Origin: a virus
Lineage: Duplodnaviria; Heunggongvirae; Uroviricota; Caudoviricetes
Length of the DNA stretch: 14,032 nucleotides
Reading direction: 5' to 3' (one strand)
IMG/VR virus record: IMGVR_UViG_2671180724_000001
The notes under the pieces were generated by a model. It was not told where the DNA came from. It worked only from the letters and a program-made list of their open reading frames with translations, and searched no databases. A program made the translations under genes and the position numbers. This document shows positions 8,654-14,032 of this stretch, piece after piece (position 1 is the first letter of the stretch; each line of letters opens with the position of its first letter).

Positions 8654-9222
8654 AAACGGGGGCTGAAGCCATCCGGGCACTGGCCACACAGCTCCCGGCG
8701 TTTCGTCAGAAACTGAGCGACGGCTGGTATCAGGTACGGATTGCCGGGCGGGACGTCAGCACGTCCGGGTTAACGGCGCAGTTACATGAGACTCTGCCTG
8801 ATGGCGCTGTGATTCATATTGTTCCCAGAGTCGCCGGGGCCAAGTCAGGTGGCGTATTCCAGATTGTCCTGGGGGCTGCCGCCATTGCCGGATCATTCTT
8901 TACCGCCGGAGCCACCCTTGCAGCATGGGGGGCAGCCATTGGGGCCGGTAGTATGACCGGCATCCTGTTTTCTCTCGGTGCCAGTATGGTGCTCGGTGGT
9001 GTGGCGCAGATGCTGGCACCGAAAGCCAGAACTCCCCGTACACAGACAACGGATAACGGTAAGCAGAACACCTATTTCTCCTCACTGGATAACATGGTTG
9101 CCCAGGGCAATGTTCTGCCTGTTCTGTACGGGGAAATGCGCGTGGGGTCACGCGTGGTTTCTCAGGAGATCAGCACGGCAGACGAAGGGGACGGTGGTCA
9201 GGTTGTGGTGATTGGTCGCTGA
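8551..9222 (+). CDS. I: Tail tip assembly protein I
   Basis: 223-aa ORF, the same length as lambda gpI, with a Gly/Ala-rich hydrophobic centre. Overlaps the 3' end of K in another frame, as in lambda. Confidence 0.9.
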   Translation: MAATHTLPLASPGMARICLYGDLQRFGRRIDLRVKTGAEAIRALATQLPAFRQKLSDGWYQVRIAGRDVSTSGLTAQLHETLPDGAVIHIVPRVAGAKSGGVFQIVLGAAAIAGSFFTAGATLAAWGAAIGAGSMTGILFSLGASMVLGGVAQMLAPKARTPRTQTTDNGKQNTYFSSLDNMVAQGNVLPVLYGEMRVGSRVVSQEISTADEGDGGQVVVIGR

Positions 9223-9240
9223 TGCAAAATGTTTTATGTG

Positions 9241-9270
9241 AAACCGCCTGCGGGCGGTTTTATCGTTTAT
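9241..9270 (+). terminator. Intercistronic stem-loop with U-rich tail between I and J (possible attenuator or weak intrinsic terminator)
   Basis: AAACCGCC (9241-9248), loop TGCG, GGCGGTTT (9253-9260): a perfect 8-bp inverted repeat, followed by TATCGTTTAT. Lies 19 nt after the I stop and 13 nt before the J RBS (GGAG 9271-9274). Confidence 0.4.
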
Positions 9271-9282
9271 GGAGCATGACGA

Positions 9283-9975
9283 ATGGGTAAAGGCAGCAGT
9301 AAGGGGCATACCCCGCGCGAAGCGAAGGACAACCTGAAGTCCACGCAGCTGCTGAGTGTGATCGATGCCATCAGCGAAGGGCCGGTTGAAGGTCCGGTGG
9401 ATGGATTAAAAAGCGTGCTGCTGAACAGTACGCCGGTGCTGGACACTGAGGGGAATACCAATATATCCGGCGTCACGGTGGTGTTCCGGGCCGGTGAGCA
9501 GGAGCAGACACCGCCGGAGGGATTTGAATCCTCCGGCTCCGAGACGGTGCTCGGTACAGAAGTGAAATATGACACGCCGATCACCCGGACCATCACGTCG
9601 GCAAACATTGACCGTCTGCGTTTTACTTTCGGCGTGCAGGCACTGGTGGAAACCACCTCAAAGGGGGACAGGAATCCATCGGAAGTCCGCCTGCTGGTTC
9701 AGATACAACGTAACGGTGGCTGGGTGACGGAAAAAGACATCACCATTAAGGGCAAAACCACCTCGCAGTATCTGGCCTCGGTGGTGGTGGGTAACCTGCC
9801 GCCGCGCCCGTTCAATATCCGGATGCGCAGGATGACGCCGGACAGCACCACAGACCAGCTGCAGAACAAAACGCTCTGGTCGTCATACACCGAAATCATC
9901 GATGTGAAACAGTGCTACCCGAACACGGCACTGGTCGGCGTGCAGGTGGATTCGGAGCAGTTCGGCAGCCAGTAG
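9283..9975 (+). CDS. J: J N-terminal fragment (230 aa) upstream of the amber stop
   Basis: ATG at 9283 with GGAG RBS; ends at TAG 9973-9975. Confidence 0.6.
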   Translation: MGKGSSKGHTPREAKDNLKSTQLLSVIDAISEGPVEGPVDGLKSVLLNSTPVLDTEGNTNISGVTVVFRAGEQEQTPPEGFESSGSETVLGTEVKYDTPITRTITSANIDRLRFTFGVQALVETTSKGDRNPSEVRLLVQIQRNGGWVTEKDITIKGKTTSQYLASVVVGNLPPRPFNIRMRRMTPDSTTDQLQNKTLWSSYTEIIDVKQCYPNTALVGVQVDSEQFGSQ

Positions 9976-12681
<2,706 letters not shown>

Positions 12682-12697
12682 ATTTTATAACCCATAT

Positions 12698-12724
12698 ACG
12701 GGCGCCAGAAATGACGCCTTTTTT
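12698..12724 (+). terminator. Weak putative intrinsic terminator between J and lom
   Basis: Short GC stem (GGCG 12701-12704 pairing with CGCC 12715-12718, plus a possible G-U pair) followed by T6 (12719-12724). The stem is short, so this is low confidence. Confidence 0.3.
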
Positions 12725-12748
12725 ATTGCAGAAAAGCGAGAGGTAATT

Positions 12749-13348
12749 ATGCGTAAACTTTATGCCGCCATTTTGTCCGCAGCCATTTGTCTGGCCGTAT
12801 CCGGTGCGTCTGCATGGGCGTCTGAACATCAGTCCACGCTGAGCGCGGGCTATCTTCATGCCTCGACGAACGTTTCCGGCAGCGATGATCTGAACGGGAT
12901 TAACGTGAAATACCGTTATGAGTTTACGGACACGCTGGGAATGGTGACGTCATTCAGCTATGCAGGAGACAAGAATCGCCAGCTTACCCGTTACAGCGAT
13001 ACCCGCTGGCATGAAGATTCCGTGCGTAACCGCTGGTTCAGCGTAATGGCGGGGCCGTCTGTGCGCGTGAATGAATGGTTCAGCGCGTATGCGATGGCGG
13101 GTGTGGCTTACAGCCGTGTGTCGACTTTCTCCGGGGATTATCTCCGCGTAATTGACAACAAGGGGAAAACGCACGACGTGCTGACCGGAAGTGATGACGG
13201 TCGCCACAGCAACACGTCTCTGGCGTGGGGAGCTGGCGTGCAGTTTAACCCGACCGAATCCGTGGCCATTGATATTGCTTATGAAGGCTCCGGCAGTGGT
13301 GACTGGCGCACTGACGGTTTCATCGTGGGTGTCGGTTATAAATTCTGA
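12749..13348 (+). CDS. lom: Lom-like outer-membrane beta-barrel protein (Ail/Lom/PagC family), a moron gene
   Basis: 199-aa ORF with a signal peptide ([24 protein letters not shown]), alternating amphipathic strands and a C-terminal ...VGVGYKF aromatic end typical of OMP barrels. GAGAGG RBS 6 nt upstream. Sits between J and stf as lambda lom does. AT-richer than the tail genes. Confidence 0.9.
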
Positions 13349-13374
13349 TTAGCCAGGTAACACAGTGTTATGAC

Positions 13375-13402
13375 AGCCCGCCGGTTCAGGCGGGCTTTTT
13401 TG
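13375..13402 (+). terminator. Rho-independent terminator downstream of lom
   Basis: AGCCCGCC (13375-13382), loop GGTTCA, GGCGGGCT (13389-13396), then a T run (TTTTTT) to 13402: an 8-bp GC-rich stem with a U tract. Confidence 0.8.
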
Positions 13403-13412
13403 TGGGGTGAAT

Positions 13413-14032
13413 ATGGCAGTAAAGATTTCAGGTGTACTGAAAGACGGCACAGGAAAACCGGTACAGAACTGCACAATCCAGCTGAAAGCAAAACGTAACA
13501 GCACCACGGTGGTGGTGAACACGCTGGCCTCAGAAAATCCGGATGAAGCCGGGCGTTACAGCATGGACGTTGAGTACGGTCAGTACAGCGTTATTCTGTT
13601 GGTGGAAGGATTCCCGCCGTCACATGCTGGGACCATCACCGTGTATGAAGATTCCCGACCCGGTACGCTGAATGATTTTCTCGGAGCCATGTCGGAGGAT
13701 GACGTCCGGCCGGAGGCACTGCGCCGTTTTGAACTGATGGTGGAAGAGGTGGCGCGTCACGCTGAGGAGGCGAAGAAGAATGCCGGAGAGGCGGAGACGT
13801 CAGCGAGGAATGCCGGCATATCAGCCAGTCAGGCAGAAGAGAGCGCTGCAAATGCTGACACTTCAGCAGGGGAGGCATCGGAGTCAGCCCGGCAGGCGGC
13901 AGAAAGTGCAGCCTCAGCAAAGCAGTCAGAGGATGCGTCCTCGTCCTCGGCTTCTGCGGCCGCTCAAAAAGCCAGTGAGTCATCACAAAGTGCAGCAGAA
14001 GCTGAATTGTCAAGAAAGACGGCAGAAAGTGC
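13413..14032 (+). CDS. stf: Side tail fibre protein Stf, N-terminal part (3' end lies outside the window)
   Basis: ATG at 13413 preceded by GGGGTGA. Translation MAVKISGVLKDGTGKPVQNCTIQLKAKRNSTTVVVNTLASENPDEAGRYSMDVEYGQYSV... matches the lambda Stf N-terminus as I recall it, followed by an Ala/Ser/Glu-rich low-complexity shaft. The frame is open to the window end, which is why the stop-delimited ORF track omits it. Confidence 0.85.
   Translation, partial: MAVKISGVLKDGTGKPVQNCTIQLKAKRNSTTVVVNTLASENPDEAGRYSMDVEYGQYSVILLVEGFPPSHAGTITVYEDSRPGTLNDFLGAMSEDDVRPEALRRFELMVEEVARHAEEAKKNAGEAETSARNAGISASQAEESAANADTSAGEASESARQAAESAASAKQSEDASSSSASAAAQKASESSQSAAEAELSRKTAES

Overview
This window is a late-operon tail-assembly module of a lambda-like (lambdoid siphovirus) prophage, almost certainly from an enterobacterial host, with every gene on the + strand. 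The order is V (5' end cut by the window), G, G-T (-1 frameshift), H, M, [L' fragment, H', M], L, K, I, J, lom, stf (3' end cut by the window). Gene identities rest on recognising the lambda gpV/G/T/H/M/L/K/I/J/Lom/Stf protein sequences from memory in the supplied translations, plus the lambda-like tight or overlapping gene junctions; no search was run. Two things are unusual. First, a ~2.8 kb segment running from inside H to the first 54 codons of L is duplicated in tandem, creating a second, N-terminally truncated tape-measure gene (H'), a second M and a stranded L fragment. The two copies are mosaic: identical over the last 676 bp and diverged upstream. Second, J is a single reading frame broken by one in-frame amber codon (TAG at 9973-9975). 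The 3' end of J and the lom gene are AT-richer and diverge from what I recall of lambda, suggesting exchanged receptor-binding and moron modules. I see no rRNA, tRNA, CRISPR array, IS element or non-phage cargo. All minus-strand ORFs in the track look like antisense artefacts of the GC-rich coding strand. I found no novel non-phage system here; the duplication and the amber codon are the features worth following up.
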